Assembly: GCA_963666485.2 (NCBI GenBank) | Contig: CAXXUO010000001.1 | Coordinates: 1,184,001-1,248,000, forward strand | Source of the DNA: Syntrophorhabdaceae bacterium | GTDB taxonomy: Bacteria > Desulfobacterota > Syntrophorhabdia > Syntrophorhabdales > Syntrophorhabdaceae | Direction of reading: 5' to 3' | DNA: 64,000 bases | Part shown: piece by piece, positions 1-9,429 of the stretch | Position numbering within the stretch: the stretch's first letter is position 1 | How the letters are laid out: each line of letters starts with the position of its first letter | The notes under the pieces: model-generated | Databases searched by the model: none | What the model was told of the DNA's origin: nothing | Seen by the model: the letters and a program-made list of their open reading frames with translations, nothing else | Position numbers and translations under genes: made by a program

Positions 1-552
1 GGCGATGTAACAGTGGCGCGATTTTACCGTGTATGTGCACCCTCGTGAAAGCAGCTCTTTTTTCTTCGCGAGGAAATCCTGGTAACCCATGGCGCATATA
101 AACCGGTCAGAAGCATCATAGATCTCGACGAATTTATCGCCGCTTCCTATCGCCCTCTGAAAGACATTGCGGACAGACCATTCAAGGTATGTCGAAAATT
201 TCATCGCGATATGTTCCGCATGATCAAATTTCACCAGCGCCTGGAGTATCCCGAGAAGCCCGGTTTGAAGAAGGTCATCGTCATCGAAAACCGGGCTCAA
301 ACTGCGATAACTCTTTGCTATGGACACTATCCTCGGCTTGTAAAGTTCATATACCAGGAAGAGCACCCGGTCGTAGTTCGCGTCGCCGGCAGACCCATCG
401 GCGCGGGACCAATCCCGGTAGATCTCGTCCAGCTTTTCGTTCTTGTCGTATCTGTCAGGCCCGGGGGGTATCCGTGATCTGACTTTTTCCGAGATAGATA
501 ATGCAGTGACGCTGAGATGATCTCGTTTAGCGCCCGGGCTATGGCAGTGCAT
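1..552 (-). CDS. Sigma-70 region-2-like protein, 3' end cut by window edge (not in ORF track)
   Basis: Manual translation from ATG at 552 stays open to base 1: ...LYKPRIVSIAKSYRSLSPVFDDDDLLQTGLLGILQALVKFD...MKFSTYLEWSVRN..., matching region 2 (DLxQxGxxG...KFSTYAxWW). Confidence 0.7.
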   Translation of the reverse strand, partial: MHCHSPGAKRDHLSVTALSISEKVRSRIPPGPDRYDKNEKLDEIYRDWSRADGSAGDANYDRVLFLVYELYKPRIVSIAKSYRSLSPVFDDDDLLQTGLLGILQALVKFDHAEHIAMKFSTYLEWSVRNVFQRAIGSGDKFVEIYDASDRFICAMGYQDFLAKKKELLSRGCTYTVKSRHCYIA

Positions 553-796
553 CCCGTGATCTTTATACTGGTTCTTTCGCATACAAAATTTAATAATGCG
601 CAACGTGTGATCGCCGGACCTTGCATGAAGGACAAGCCGGCAATGATCTTAACGAAGCAACGTAAGCCGCCCCCGACTCCTGAACTATACGATACAAATT
701 CCATTCAAATGTCGTCAATCAAATTTGGCCGCTCGATCTGTGTGATTTATTCGGGGATTGTACTATGCTAATCTATGCATAATAGGAGGACAAACC

Positions 797-1504
797 ATGG
801 TGCGAATATGTGGCTTCGTGATCGGTATCTTCGTTCTGTTCATTGCAGCGACGGCATGCGCGGGGGAACTCAAGGCCGACGCTGCACCCGTCGGGGTAGA
901 CAATACCGGTGCATTGACGGGGATCATCCGCGCGCTGAATTGGGACCATGAAGGTCCGTATACCGCCCGCGCCCTGAACATCTCGAAGGACATCCAGGTC
1001 AGGCGAACGGTCACACTCGCAGCGAAAGACATAGCCGTCCCCGAGGCGTGCCTCAAGAGGGATGACTGCCGGAAGGCCGTTACCCTCGTGATACCGAAAG
1101 GCATGGCAGGAGTGCAATGCGTGAAGACCGAGGATGTGATGGGGGCGCGCCATTGCATCGAGGCCGTGATATCCGAAAAGAGCATGTTCCGCATCAGCGC
1201 AAAACTCGTCGACACCCATCCCTGGAAATATAATTTTATCCCCGTTGTCGAGTTCCTCGAGGCGAGCACGCGCGCATGTCAACCGGGAGAATTTCAGTGC
1301 GTGCGTGATAAAACGTGCTGGAACAATTTCAACGGTTACTGCAGGTTCTGCCTCGGGCATCCCGTAGAGAAATGCGCATGCCTCAATGAAAAAGGCCCGC
1401 TGCCCGACAAGACCTCATGCATGTTCTTTATCTCCGGGGATATGGTCTGCACGGGAAAATGCCGCGACGGGCAATGTGAATCCGCTGACGTGCGCTGTCG
1501 CTGA
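797..1504 (+). CDS. Secreted cysteine-rich hypothetical protein
   Basis: GGAGGA RBS at 785-790 before ATG 797; hydrophobic signal peptide; many Cys clustered in the C-terminal part. Confidence 0.75.
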   Translation: MVRICGFVIGIFVLFIAATACAGELKADAAPVGVDNTGALTGIIRALNWDHEGPYTARALNISKDIQVRRTVTLAAKDIAVPEACLKRDDCRKAVTLVIPKGMAGVQCVKTEDVMGARHCIEAVISEKSMFRISAKLVDTHPWKYNFIPVVEFLEASTRACQPGEFQCVRDKTCWNNFNGYCRFCLGHPVEKCACLNEKGPLPDKTSCMFFISGDMVCTGKCRDGQCESADVRCR

Positions 1505-1520
1505 TAGTTTTTCGATCGCT

Positions 1521-2585
1521 TTACCGGCTTGCAGGGTCCTTCAGCACAATGATCTCGACAGGCCCGGGTTCGGATTCGCCGGTCCCTTTGCGGACCTCCT
1601 GAATAAATGCGATCTCGGCCATCCTGTCCTTCAACTCGGATACCCGTTTTGGATCGATAAGACCGGAAACGATAATGGAACTGTTTTCGGCCCGTTCACG
1701 GACATCTTTCGCTGAGAGCGCGATCAGTATGCGGCGTGTCTTGCGGACGGTGTCGGACGGGTCGGCGGACGTGACGATTATCTGCCACGGTGTATCCCGT
1801 GGTGTTTCCGGGGCGGCCATTTTATATTCGGCCGCTTTCTCTTCCCGTGCCGCCATGGGCGAGGCCCCGCGTGTCTTGAACCGCTGCGCCTTTTCCGGGT
1901 ACGGCCCGATCGCGGCGGGTGCCGGGACCGGCGCCGGGGTTTCTTTTGTCATGGCCTGACCAACCGAATCCTTTTTACCAGGGGCAGAAGCAATACGGTG
2001 AGCATCGGCTTCGTTGACAGATGCCGCCCCTCCCGGGGGAGCGGCCGTTGTTTTCGCAGCCTCGGCCGGCACTGACTGCACCGGTTTCTTGAGGGCTTCT
2101 GCTTTTTTCTTCTGTGTTCCCTGCGCGTCCGGACGCGGCGCCGCATCGACCTTCTTTTTTGTATCGGCCTCTTTTTTCGCAGGGACTTCAGGGCTTTCCG
2201 CAGTTTTTACGGGAGGCTGGAGCCGGGCGAGGTCCGGCACATCCGGGGTCGTGGACCTGTACACGTATATCGAAAGAACGACAACGAGCGCCATCGCCAG
2301 GGCCTGAACAGGCACCTTCACATGAAATGGCAGGAAGAAGCGCGCAAACCAGCCTTTCTTCTCCTCTGTTTCCGTGATCCTTGCCATTACCTTTTCCGCA
2401 AGCCCGGGCGGCGGCTCGAGTTCGTCGAGATTTTCGAGGATCTCTTTCGTCTTCTCGAGGTCCTTGAGTGCGTCACGGCAACGGATGCAATCGGCGCAAT
2501 GCTGTTCGATCACCCCCCTTTCTTCATTCGGAAGGGAATTCTCAAGATAAGCTGTCAGCCGCTCTTCAATTTCGGTGCATTTCAT
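1521..2585 (-). CDS. Zinc-finger (zf-HC2/ZAS) transmembrane anti-sigma factor
   Basis: HxxxCxxC motif (HCADCIRC), one TM helix, Ala/Pro/Lys-rich extracytoplasmic part; overlaps the ECF sigma stop. Confidence 0.88.
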   Translation of the reverse strand: MKCTEIEERLTAYLENSLPNEERGVIEQHCADCIRCRDALKDLEKTKEILENLDELEPPPGLAEKVMARITETEEKKGWFARFFLPFHVKVPVQALAMALVVVLSIYVYRSTTPDVPDLARLQPPVKTAESPEVPAKKEADTKKKVDAAPRPDAQGTQKKKAEALKKPVQSVPAEAAKTTAAPPGGAASVNEADAHRIASAPGKKDSVGQAMTKETPAPVPAPAAIGPYPEKAQRFKTRGASPMAAREEKAAEYKMAAPETPRDTPWQIIVTSADPSDTVRKTRRILIALSAKDVRERAENSSIIVSGLIDPKRVSELKDRMAEIAFIQEVRKGTGESEPGPVEIIVLKDPASR

Positions 2586-3235
2586 CGCAGGTCACCAAAA
2601 ACTTTCTTGAAACTTTCCTTGATAGCACCCCGGGCCCGCGACAGGCGTGATTTAACGGTGCCGTCCGGCAGGCCCAGCATCACGGTGATCTCTTCGTACG
2701 AAAAACCCTGGATATCCCTGAGCACAAGGACCTCCCTGTGGTCTTTCTCGAGATCGTTGATGCACTGCTGCACCTTTTTCTGTGTTTCCTTCTGGATCAT
2801 AAGGTCGATTACGGGTATATCGCCTGATGCCGGATCGATCGGTCGCGTGTCATGCCCGGGCGACATGTCCTGGTCCAGACTCACAGGTTCGTGGTATGCC
2901 TTTCCGGTCGTATGCCGCATACGGTTCCGGGAATGGTTGACAACTATTCCATACAGCCATGTCGAGAATTTTGCCTCGCCCCGGAAGGTTTTGATCGCCT
3001 TGTATGCGGAAAGGAACGACTCCTGCACGATATCCGATGCATCATCGTAATTTCCCGTCATGCGGTAGGCTATGTTGAACATTTTCTTCTGATGCCTCCT
3101 GACCAGGGTCTCGAACGCCTGCGGCTCTCCTTGCTTACACAGGGAAACGTACTGCCAATCCTCATCAACAAGGGGCCTTGCTCCCTTTTCTTCAGTGTTA
3201 GACAGCCTGTCGGCCGATTTTGTTCCTTTCCGCAT
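2582..3235 (-). CDS. ECF RNA polymerase sigma factor (start uncertain)
   Basis: Region 2 (DASDIVQESF...FSTWLYGI) and region 4 (GFSYEEI...GTVKSRLSRAR); paired with an anti-sigma. Confidence 0.93.
   Translation of the reverse strand: MRKGTKSADRLSNTEEKGARPLVDEDWQYVSLCKQGEPQAFETLVRRHQKKMFNIAYRMTGNYDDASDIVQESFLSAYKAIKTFRGEAKFSTWLYGIVVNHSRNRMRHTTGKAYHEPVSLDQDMSPGHDTRPIDPASGDIPVIDLMIQKETQKKVQQCINDLEKDHREVLVLRDIQGFSYEEITVMLGLPDGTVKSRLSRARGAIKESFKKVFGDLR
3198..3226 (-). promoter_or_regulatory. Putative ECF-sigma promoter GGAAC-N18-GTCTAA
   Basis: Minus strand reads GGAAC aaaatcggccgacaggct GTCTAA at the 5' end of the ECF gene; same spacing as the motif at 4997-5025. Confidence 0.55.
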
Positions 3236-3370
3236 AAAAAAGCGTGCCAGGCAGTTTCCTATGGTCAGTGTGCGCATCATCATCAGTAGATATTTCTGAT
3301 AATTTTTACTGCACCATACCGGGGATTGCAAAGAAAAAAGGTGCACGACTGCCCCCGGGGCGGGAAAAAC

Positions 3371-3397
3371 TTAAGGAACTTAATATTTTTCCGATGA
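3371..3397 (+). promoter_or_regulatory. Putative sigma-28 (FliA)-type promoter
   Basis: TTAA-N15-TCCGATGA upstream of the HDOD gene; consensus is TAAA-N15-GCCGATAA. Confidence 0.4.
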
Positions 3398-3449
3398 TAG
3401 ATGTATAAGGACGGGAAGCAAGGCGTCCCGGTCAATACTATGGTGCCCC

Positions 3450-4331
3450 GTGATCACTGATTTCGCAAAAAGACTCGAGAATGTCATAAATTTTATTCCC
3501 CCTATCCCCGCGGTCATCATTGAACTTTTAAAGACCCTCGATGATGAAAATGCGAATATGAGCACTATCGCGCGGGTCATCGCGAAAGACCCGCCGATGA
3601 GCATGAACGTTCTGAAGGTGGCAAATTCGGCCTTTTACAGACTTGCCAACAAGGTATCGAATGTCGATCATGCGGTGAAGATGCTCGGGGTAAAAGAGAT
3701 CAGCATGATATGCGTTTCATGCGGGGCATACCAGGCGCTCAAGCCTGCCCGGGATGCCGGGACATTCAGCCTGCAGGAATTCTGGAAACACTCCGTTGCG
3801 ACGGGCGTGATCGCGCGCACCTTATGCAAGGAGCTTTCGGTCGGTGACCGGCAGACGATATATTTCGGCGGACTTCTCCATGACATCGGCAAGGTCGTTC
3901 TCGATCGTTTCGCCCACGATGTCTACAAGATCGTCATACAGATAACGCACGATGAATGCGTGCCCATGATCGAGGCGGAAAAGAACATAATCGGCGAATC
4001 CCATGACGTGATCGGCGGCATTATCATGGAAAAGTGGAAATTCCCTTTCGTTCTCGCTGACGTCGCCCGGTTTCACCATACTATATCCGCGTCCCCGGAT
4101 GAGTCACTCCCGTCCGTGGCGTTGTGCGCGCTTGCGGACGAACTCGCCCGGATACGCTTTTACGGTTTCGGCGGTAACAGGTCAGGCGTCGTCCTGGAGG
4201 AGACGGAGGCGTTTCGTACCCTCGCAGGCATCGCACCGGCGATAACGAATATCGATATGTTCAAATTCCTGCAGGACCTCGAAACGCTCGACGACGAGAT
4301 AGCGGATATGGAAGCGATACTGACAGGATAA
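3450..4331 (+). CDS. HDOD domain signalling protein
   Basis: DPPMSMNVLKVANSAFY, FWKHS, GLLHDIGK and W-K-F-P motifs typical of HDOD. Confidence 0.92.
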   Translation: MITDFAKRLENVINFIPPIPAVIIELLKTLDDENANMSTIARVIAKDPPMSMNVLKVANSAFYRLANKVSNVDHAVKMLGVKEISMICVSCGAYQALKPARDAGTFSLQEFWKHSVATGVIARTLCKELSVGDRQTIYFGGLLHDIGKVVLDRFAHDVYKIVIQITHDECVPMIEAEKNIIGESHDVIGGIIMEKWKFPFVLADVARFHHTISASPDESLPSVALCALADELARIRFYGFGGNRSGVVLEETEAFRTLAGIAPAITNIDMFKFLQDLETLDDEIADMEAILTG

Positions 4332-4442
4332 AGGCGGTTCCACGTTCCACGTTAAAAAAATCTAACAGAACATACTCGGCTTTGAACGTAGAACATTTTT
4401 TTACACTGTGCTATAATCCCGCTAAAAAACAGGAGATGAATT

Positions 4443-4982
4443 ATGGCAACCCCGACAGGAAAAATGCCCAGAGTTTTCTTTCATTGCCGTCTGTTGCTTT
4501 TATGTGCATGCGTGATGTTCCTTTTTGCATGCAACGTTTCCTACCTCGAAAAGTTCGGGGAATTCGATGCTCAGCAGGGAAATTATGAGGCAGCGGTACA
4601 GGATTATACAAAGGCTATCCGGTATGCTCCGCACGACCCGGTGCCGCGCGTTTCCCGCGGGTATGCCTACCAGAAGATGGGAAAGAATGACGAGGCGATA
4701 GCCGACTATACAAAAGCCATTGAGCTTTCCCCGGCCGATGCCGAACTGTATTTGATCCGCGGCGTCGCCTATTCTCTCAAGGGCAGCAACGACGAGGCCA
4801 TTGCCGATTACTCGAAGGCGATAGCGATCGACCCCCGCAGTGCCGACGCCTATTTCAACCGCGCCCAGGCCTACGAAGCCAAGAATATGAACGATCAGGC
4901 ATTGCAGGATTATAAGACGGCCGCCCGCCTCAACAGTCCCCGGGCCCAGGGCGTGCTCATGGGCAGGCAGATCGCCTGGTGA
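4443..4982 (+). CDS. Tetratricopeptide-repeat (probable lipo)protein
   Basis: Repeated RG.AY...DEAIADY.KAI...P units; LFAC lipobox-like sequence. Confidence 0.88.
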   Translation: MATPTGKMPRVFFHCRLLLLCACVMFLFACNVSYLEKFGEFDAQQGNYEAAVQDYTKAIRYAPHDPVPRVSRGYAYQKMGKNDEAIADYTKAIELSPADAELYLIRGVAYSLKGSNDEAIADYSKAIAIDPRSADAYFNRAQAYEAKNMNDQALQDYKTAARLNSPRAQGVLMGRQIAW

Positions 4983-4996
4983 TCTTTGAGCGTTTC

Positions 4997-5025
4997 GGAA
5001 CTTTTTTGATCGGTCAATTGTCTTA
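4997..5025 (+). promoter_or_regulatory. Putative ECF-sigma promoter GGAAC-N18-GTCTTA
   Basis: About 40 bp upstream of the VIT-vWA start, which has an AGGAGG RBS; matches the motif at 3198-3226. Confidence 0.55.
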
Positions 5026-5065
5026 ACCGGGAGATGAGGATATTAAGACCGCAAGGAGGTTACCG

Positions 5066-7414
5066 ATGAAACGTGCTTCAGTTGTTTTTGTCCTGTGTGC
5101 CGTGTTTTTTTCGATCCTGCTTCTTCCCGGGTTGTCTTACACGCAAAAACCGGAAAATAGGGACGACAAGACGTTGTCGCCCTATTTTTTTGTCAAAAGC
5201 GATGATCCGGCTTTAGACCAGCTTCCCCTTAAATCTACCTCGGCTGTTGCCAGCATTTCGGGCGTCATCGCGGATGTCACCGTGACGCAGGTTTACAAGA
5301 ACGAGGGAAAGAAGACCCTCGAAGCGGTCTACGTCTTCCCCGCATCGACGCGCGCGGCTGTCTACGGCATGAAGATGGTCATTGGCAAGCGTGTCATCGA
5401 GGCGAAGGTGAAAAAACGCGACGATGCGCGCAAGGAGTACGAGGACGCGAAAAAGGCGGGCAAAAGCGCCTCGCTGCTCGAGCAGCAAAGGCCCAACGTG
5501 TTCCAGATGAACGTTGCGAACATCATGCCCGGTGACGAGATACGTGTCGAACTGAAGTATACGGAACTCCTTGTCCCTGTGGACAAGGTATATGAGTTTG
5601 TCTACCCGACGGTCGTGGGCCCCCGTTACTCGAACAAACCTGCCGAAGGCGCACTCCCCTCCGACAAATGGGTGCAGAACCCGTACCTGCACGCGGGCGA
5701 GAAGCCCCCGTACACGTTTGATATAACGGTGAACGTTGCGGCGGGAATGCCGATCAAAGACCTCGCTTCCTCCTCGCATAAGGTCAATACGAACTTCACA
5801 GGCCCGAAAAATGCGAAGGTGACCCTGGACCCGGCGGACAAGAGCGGCGGCAACAGGGACTATATCCTGCGGTACCGCCTGGCGGGGGACAAGGTTGAAT
5901 CCGGCCTTCTCCTGTTCCAGGGAGAGAAGGAGAATTTCTTCCTCTACATGGTCCAGCCGCCGAAAACGGTGAAGCCTTCCCAGATCCCGGGGAGGGAATA
6001 TATATTCGTGGTCGACGTGTCCGGCTCCATGTGGGGGTTCCCGCTTGAAATATCCAAGAAGCTTCTGAGGGACCTTATAGGGAACCTCCGGCCGAAGGAC
6101 ACCTTCAACGTGCTCCTGTTCTCGGGCGGGTCAAAGCTCATGGCCGAGAGATCTTTGCCTGCAACAAAGGAAAATATCGATAAGGCCGTCCATCTCATCG
6201 AAAGTCAGCAGGGCGGCGGAGGAACGGAACTGCTGCCGGCCTTGAACCGCGTCCTCAAGATCCCGAAACTCGAAAATTACTCGCGCAGCATTATCGTGGC
6301 AACCGATGGTTACGTCATGGTTGAAGAGGACGTTCTCGACCTTATACGCAACAATCTCGGCGACGCAAATATGTTTGCCTTCGGTATCGGCACATCCGTC
6401 AACCGCCATATAATAGAAGGCATGGCCCACGTGGGAATGGGGGAGCCGTTCGTCATTACGAAGCCCGCGGACGCCCCGGCCCAGGCGGCGCGGTTCCGCC
6501 AGATGATAGAATCCCCGGTCCTGACGAAAGTGAAGGTGAATTTCAAAGGTTTTACCGCGTATGATGTTGAGCCGCCCGCGATCCCGGACGTGCTTTCCGA
6601 TCGCCCGGTCATCGTATTCGGCAAATGGAAAGGGCAGCCGTCGGGAACGATAACCGTTACCGGCATCTCGGGGAACGGGAAGTTTTCAGAATCCATCAAC
6701 GTATCCACCGTCAGGCCGTCAAAAGAGAACCTGTCGCTGCGCTACCTCTGGGCGCGCCACCGCATCATGCTCCTGTCCGACTATAACAAGCTGCACTCGA
6801 ACGACAAGCGCATCAAAGAGGTCACGGACCTCGGGCTCGCATACAACCTGCTGACGGCATACACTTCCTTCGTTGCCGTCGACAACGTTGTTCGGAAGAC
6901 GGGCGACTCGACGACGGTAAACCAGCCCCTGCCGATGCCGGATGGCGTATCCGATTACGCTGTCGGCGGCGGGATGATGAAAACGATGGCCCTGGCGCCG
7001 CCGTCACCGGGAATGTATCCGCACTATGCAGGCAAGCGTGCGGAAATGGCCGTGCAGGAAAAACCGCGCGGGGATGGAGTACGAACAAAAGAGTCCGCAA
7101 CAACACCGAAGGCAACGGTTGCACGTGTCACTGCGACGGGCGGGCTCACGACAAAATCCGCCGAGACTGTGATCAAGAGCAGTCTTGACAGCATCGCCGG
7201 GTGTTTTACCGGGATCACGGCACCCGTTACTTACGGGATAAGCATTACCGTGAATGCCGACGGCACCGTGAGCGCGGTGAAGATCACCACGAAGACGCGG
7301 TCGAAAGACGCATACGAGAAATGCCTCACCGAGGCACTGAAAAATCTTGTATTCGTGGCAACACAAAACGGCTCGCAGGCGACAGTCACGGTCAGCCTCA
7401 CGATAACGCCGTAG
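5066..7414 (+). CDS. Secreted VIT (vault/inter-alpha-trypsin) + vWA domain protein
   Basis: Signal peptide; VIT motif (LEAVYVFP); MIDAS DVSGSM, TDG, FGIG; C-terminal LLTAYTSFVAVD plus an extra C-terminal domain. Confidence 0.9.
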   Translation: MKRASVVFVLCAVFFSILLLPGLSYTQKPENRDDKTLSPYFFVKSDDPALDQLPLKSTSAVASISGVIADVTVTQVYKNEGKKTLEAVYVFPASTRAAVYGMKMVIGKRVIEAKVKKRDDARKEYEDAKKAGKSASLLEQQRPNVFQMNVANIMPGDEIRVELKYTELLVPVDKVYEFVYPTVVGPRYSNKPAEGALPSDKWVQNPYLHAGEKPPYTFDITVNVAAGMPIKDLASSSHKVNTNFTGPKNAKVTLDPADKSGGNRDYILRYRLAGDKVESGLLLFQGEKENFFLYMVQPPKTVKPSQIPGREYIFVVDVSGSMWGFPLEISKKLLRDLIGNLRPKDTFNVLLFSGGSKLMAERSLPATKENIDKAVHLIESQQGGGGTELLPALNRVLKIPKLENYSRSIIVATDGYVMVEEDVLDLIRNNLGDANMFAFGIGTSVNRHIIEGMAHVGMGEPFVITKPADAPAQAARFRQMIESPVLTKVKVNFKGFTAYDVEPPAIPDVLSDRPVIVFGKWKGQPSGTITVTGISGNGKFSESINVSTVRPSKENLSLRYLWARHRIMLLSDYNKLHSNDKRIKEVTDLGLAYNLLTAYTSFVAVDNVVRKTGDSTTVNQPLPMPDGVSDYAVGGGMMKTMALAPPSPGMYPHYAGKRAEMAVQEKPRGDGVRTKESATTPKATVARVTATGGLTTKSAETVIKSSLDSIAGCFTGITAPVTYGISITVNADGTVSAVKITTKTRSKDAYEKCLTEALKNLVFVATQNGSQATVTVSLTITP

Positions 7415-7433
7415 GCTTTACGGCAGCGCACAC

Positions 7434-7469
7434 ACAAGGCCGGGCGATGCATACCCGGCCTTGTTTATT
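7434..7469 (+). terminator. Probable intrinsic terminator
   Basis: 11-bp stem ACAAGGCCGGG/CCCGGCCTTGT followed by a T-rich tract, just after the VIT-vWA stop. Confidence 0.6.
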
Positions 7470-7505
7470 GCATTTGACTCCCCGCGCGTGGTATTTTGTT
7501 ACGTT

Positions 7506-8051
7506 ATGATCAAGGAATGGGAACTCCTGGAATCCAGGGTGGATAAAGACTACAATGTCTTCCGCATACAATCCGAGATGGCGATGTCGCCGAGGACGAA
7601 CAAGGTCGGCAGATTCTACACGATCGACACACGGGATTGGGTAAATGTCGTACCGGTCACGCCGGAGGGAAAGATCGTCATGATCAGGCAATACCGGCAT
7701 GGTTCCCGCGAAATAACCCTGGAAATACCGGGCGGGCTTGTCGACGAAGACGATGCCGGTGAGGCCGCGACGAGGGAGTTGCTTGAAGAGACGGGATATG
7801 CCGGGGACCCGGCCCGGTCACTCGGTTTCGTCAACCCGAATCCTGCGATATTCAATAACCTCTGCCATACGTACCTTATCGAGAATGCGCGCGAGGTGTC
7901 CGAGAAAACGCTCGATCCTGACGAGGACATAGAGGTGGTGCTCATGTCCCCGGAGGAGATACCGGGATTGATAGCGAACGGCGGCATCAACCATTCTCTC
8001 GTGATCGTGGCGTTTCATTTCTATTTCATGCAAAAGCTTTGTCTCCCCTGA
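7506..8051 (+). CDS. NUDIX hydrolase (ADP-ribose pyrophosphatase-like)
   Basis: Nudix box EIPGGLVD...AATRELLEETGY; RQYRH motif. Confidence 0.92.
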   Translation: MIKEWELLESRVDKDYNVFRIQSEMAMSPRTNKVGRFYTIDTRDWVNVVPVTPEGKIVMIRQYRHGSREITLEIPGGLVDEDDAGEAATRELLEETGYAGDPARSLGFVNPNPAIFNNLCHTYLIENAREVSEKTLDPDEDIEVVLMSPEEIPGLIANGGINHSLVIVAFHFYFMQKLCLP

Positions 8052-8572
8052 TGCCGGTCGGACATACCATACCCATTATCGGATTTGCAGGGCGCGCGAA
8101 TAGCGGCAAGACCACCCTCATCGAAAAGGTGATCTCTGTTTTTAAGAAACAGGGGCTGCGCGTGGCTGTGATCAAGCATGTCCATCACCCGTTCGACTTC
8201 GATGTGCCCGGAAAAGATACCTACAGGCATAAAAAGGCAGGGGCCGACAGCGTGATAGTTGCGTCGCGCGAGCAGTTCGCAATGGTAAAGGACACGCCGG
8301 AGGAATATTCGCTGGGGGATATCATATCGCGCTATGTGGACGATGGCGCCGACCTTATCATCGTCGAGGGGTTCAAAACCGCGCAGATCCCGAAGATAGA
8401 AGTTTATACGCGCACAAGCGGCGAGCCCCCCCTTTGCGCCTCGGGTGACCGCCTGTATATCGCAGTGGCGACCGATGACGATCTCGATGTGCCCGTCCCG
8501 AAATTCAGACGGGACGAAGCGGACGCGATAGCCGGTTTCATTTCAAGACATATACTGAAGAGGGATGCGTAA
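8051..8572 (+). CDS. mobB: Molybdopterin-guanine dinucleotide biosynthesis protein B
   Basis: GRANSGKTT P-loop; IKHVHH..FDVPGKDTYRH; VEGFK. Confidence 0.92.
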   Translation: MPVGHTIPIIGFAGRANSGKTTLIEKVISVFKKQGLRVAVIKHVHHPFDFDVPGKDTYRHKKAGADSVIVASREQFAMVKDTPEEYSLGDIISRYVDDGADLIIVEGFKTAQIPKIEVYTRTSGEPPLCASGDRLYIAVATDDDLDVPVPKFRRDEADAIAGFISRHILKRDA

Positions 8573-8575
8573 AGG

Positions 8576-9313
8576 GTGTCTCTGCGAAAAGATGAAGCGA
8601 TAGTCCTGTCGAAGCGTGCGTACGGTGAGTCGGACCGGATCATCCACCTTTTTACGCTGGACGCGGGGAAAGTGTCGGCGATAGCGAAAGGAGCGGGGAA
8701 AAGCCAGAAGCGCTTTGCCAATACCCTGGAACCGTTCAACCGCATCAGGGTCGAATATTTTGACAAGCACGGCCGGGGGATGGTCCGTATAGACAATGCC
8801 GACCTCGTCTCGGGCAATAACGGCATCGAGATGAGCATGAAGCGCATATGCAGCGCCTCGTTCTTCACGGAGTTCGTCGACCGCATGACGCGCGAGAGGG
8901 AGCCGCATACAGGACTCTTTGCAGCGCTTGAAGAGTTCATCGCTTTTGCCCGGTCAAAAGACCCGGAATATTCAGACATCCTTTGCTGCGAATTGAGAAT
9001 GCTCGACGTTCTCGGATATCACCCCAACTTCGATACCTGCGTCTTTTGCGGGACCGGCATGCACGATGATGAAAAGGTCTATTTCTCCCGGGAGCGCGGG
9101 GGGATACTATGCGGGCCGTGCTCGCGGTCTCTACCCCACAGGAGATGGTCCCAAGGATTAATGCGTGGGTTCCTCGCGGTGAAGAACAGTGAAGCGGGTT
9201 TCGCAACGCGCTCGCTCGAGCGCGAGGCGCAGGAACTGATGGAAGGTTTTCTAAACTATCATATCGATATCGATCTCAAGTCGTACAAGCTGCTGAAATC
9301 GATGGTCTTCTGA
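8576..9313 (+). CDS. recO: DNA repair protein RecO
   Basis: YGESDRII..FT...GKV.AIAKGA N-terminus; zinc finger CVFCG...CGPC. Confidence 0.93.
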   Translation: MSLRKDEAIVLSKRAYGESDRIIHLFTLDAGKVSAIAKGAGKSQKRFANTLEPFNRIRVEYFDKHGRGMVRIDNADLVSGNNGIEMSMKRICSASFFTEFVDRMTREREPHTGLFAALEEFIAFARSKDPEYSDILCCELRMLDVLGYHPNFDTCVFCGTGMHDDEKVYFSRERGGILCGPCSRSLPHRRWSQGLMRGFLAVKNSEAGFATRSLEREAQELMEGFLNYHIDIDLKSYKLLKSMVF

Positions 9314-9380
9314 AACGTAAGGCGTAAGCCCTCTCCCCTGTTGTCATTCCCACTTTCGAGACTGTGTCCCAATTCCTCCA

Positions 9381-9419
9381 ACCCCGTCATCCCGGCTCTT
9401 ACGGCCGGGATGACGGGGT
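9381..9419. repeat. REP-like palindrome / bidirectional terminator
   Basis: Perfect 16-bp stem ACCCCGTCATCCCGGC...GCCGGGATGACGGGGT between convergent genes; the CGTCATYCC start is shared with 47767 and 47884. Confidence 0.7.
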
Positions 9420-9429
9420 GAGGGACGCC

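Noticed and set aside
189..771. Short track ORFs at 189-482, 211-477, 327-704 and 517-771
   Set aside because: They overlap the better-supported minus-strand sigma-like frame (552 to 1) and show no motifs.
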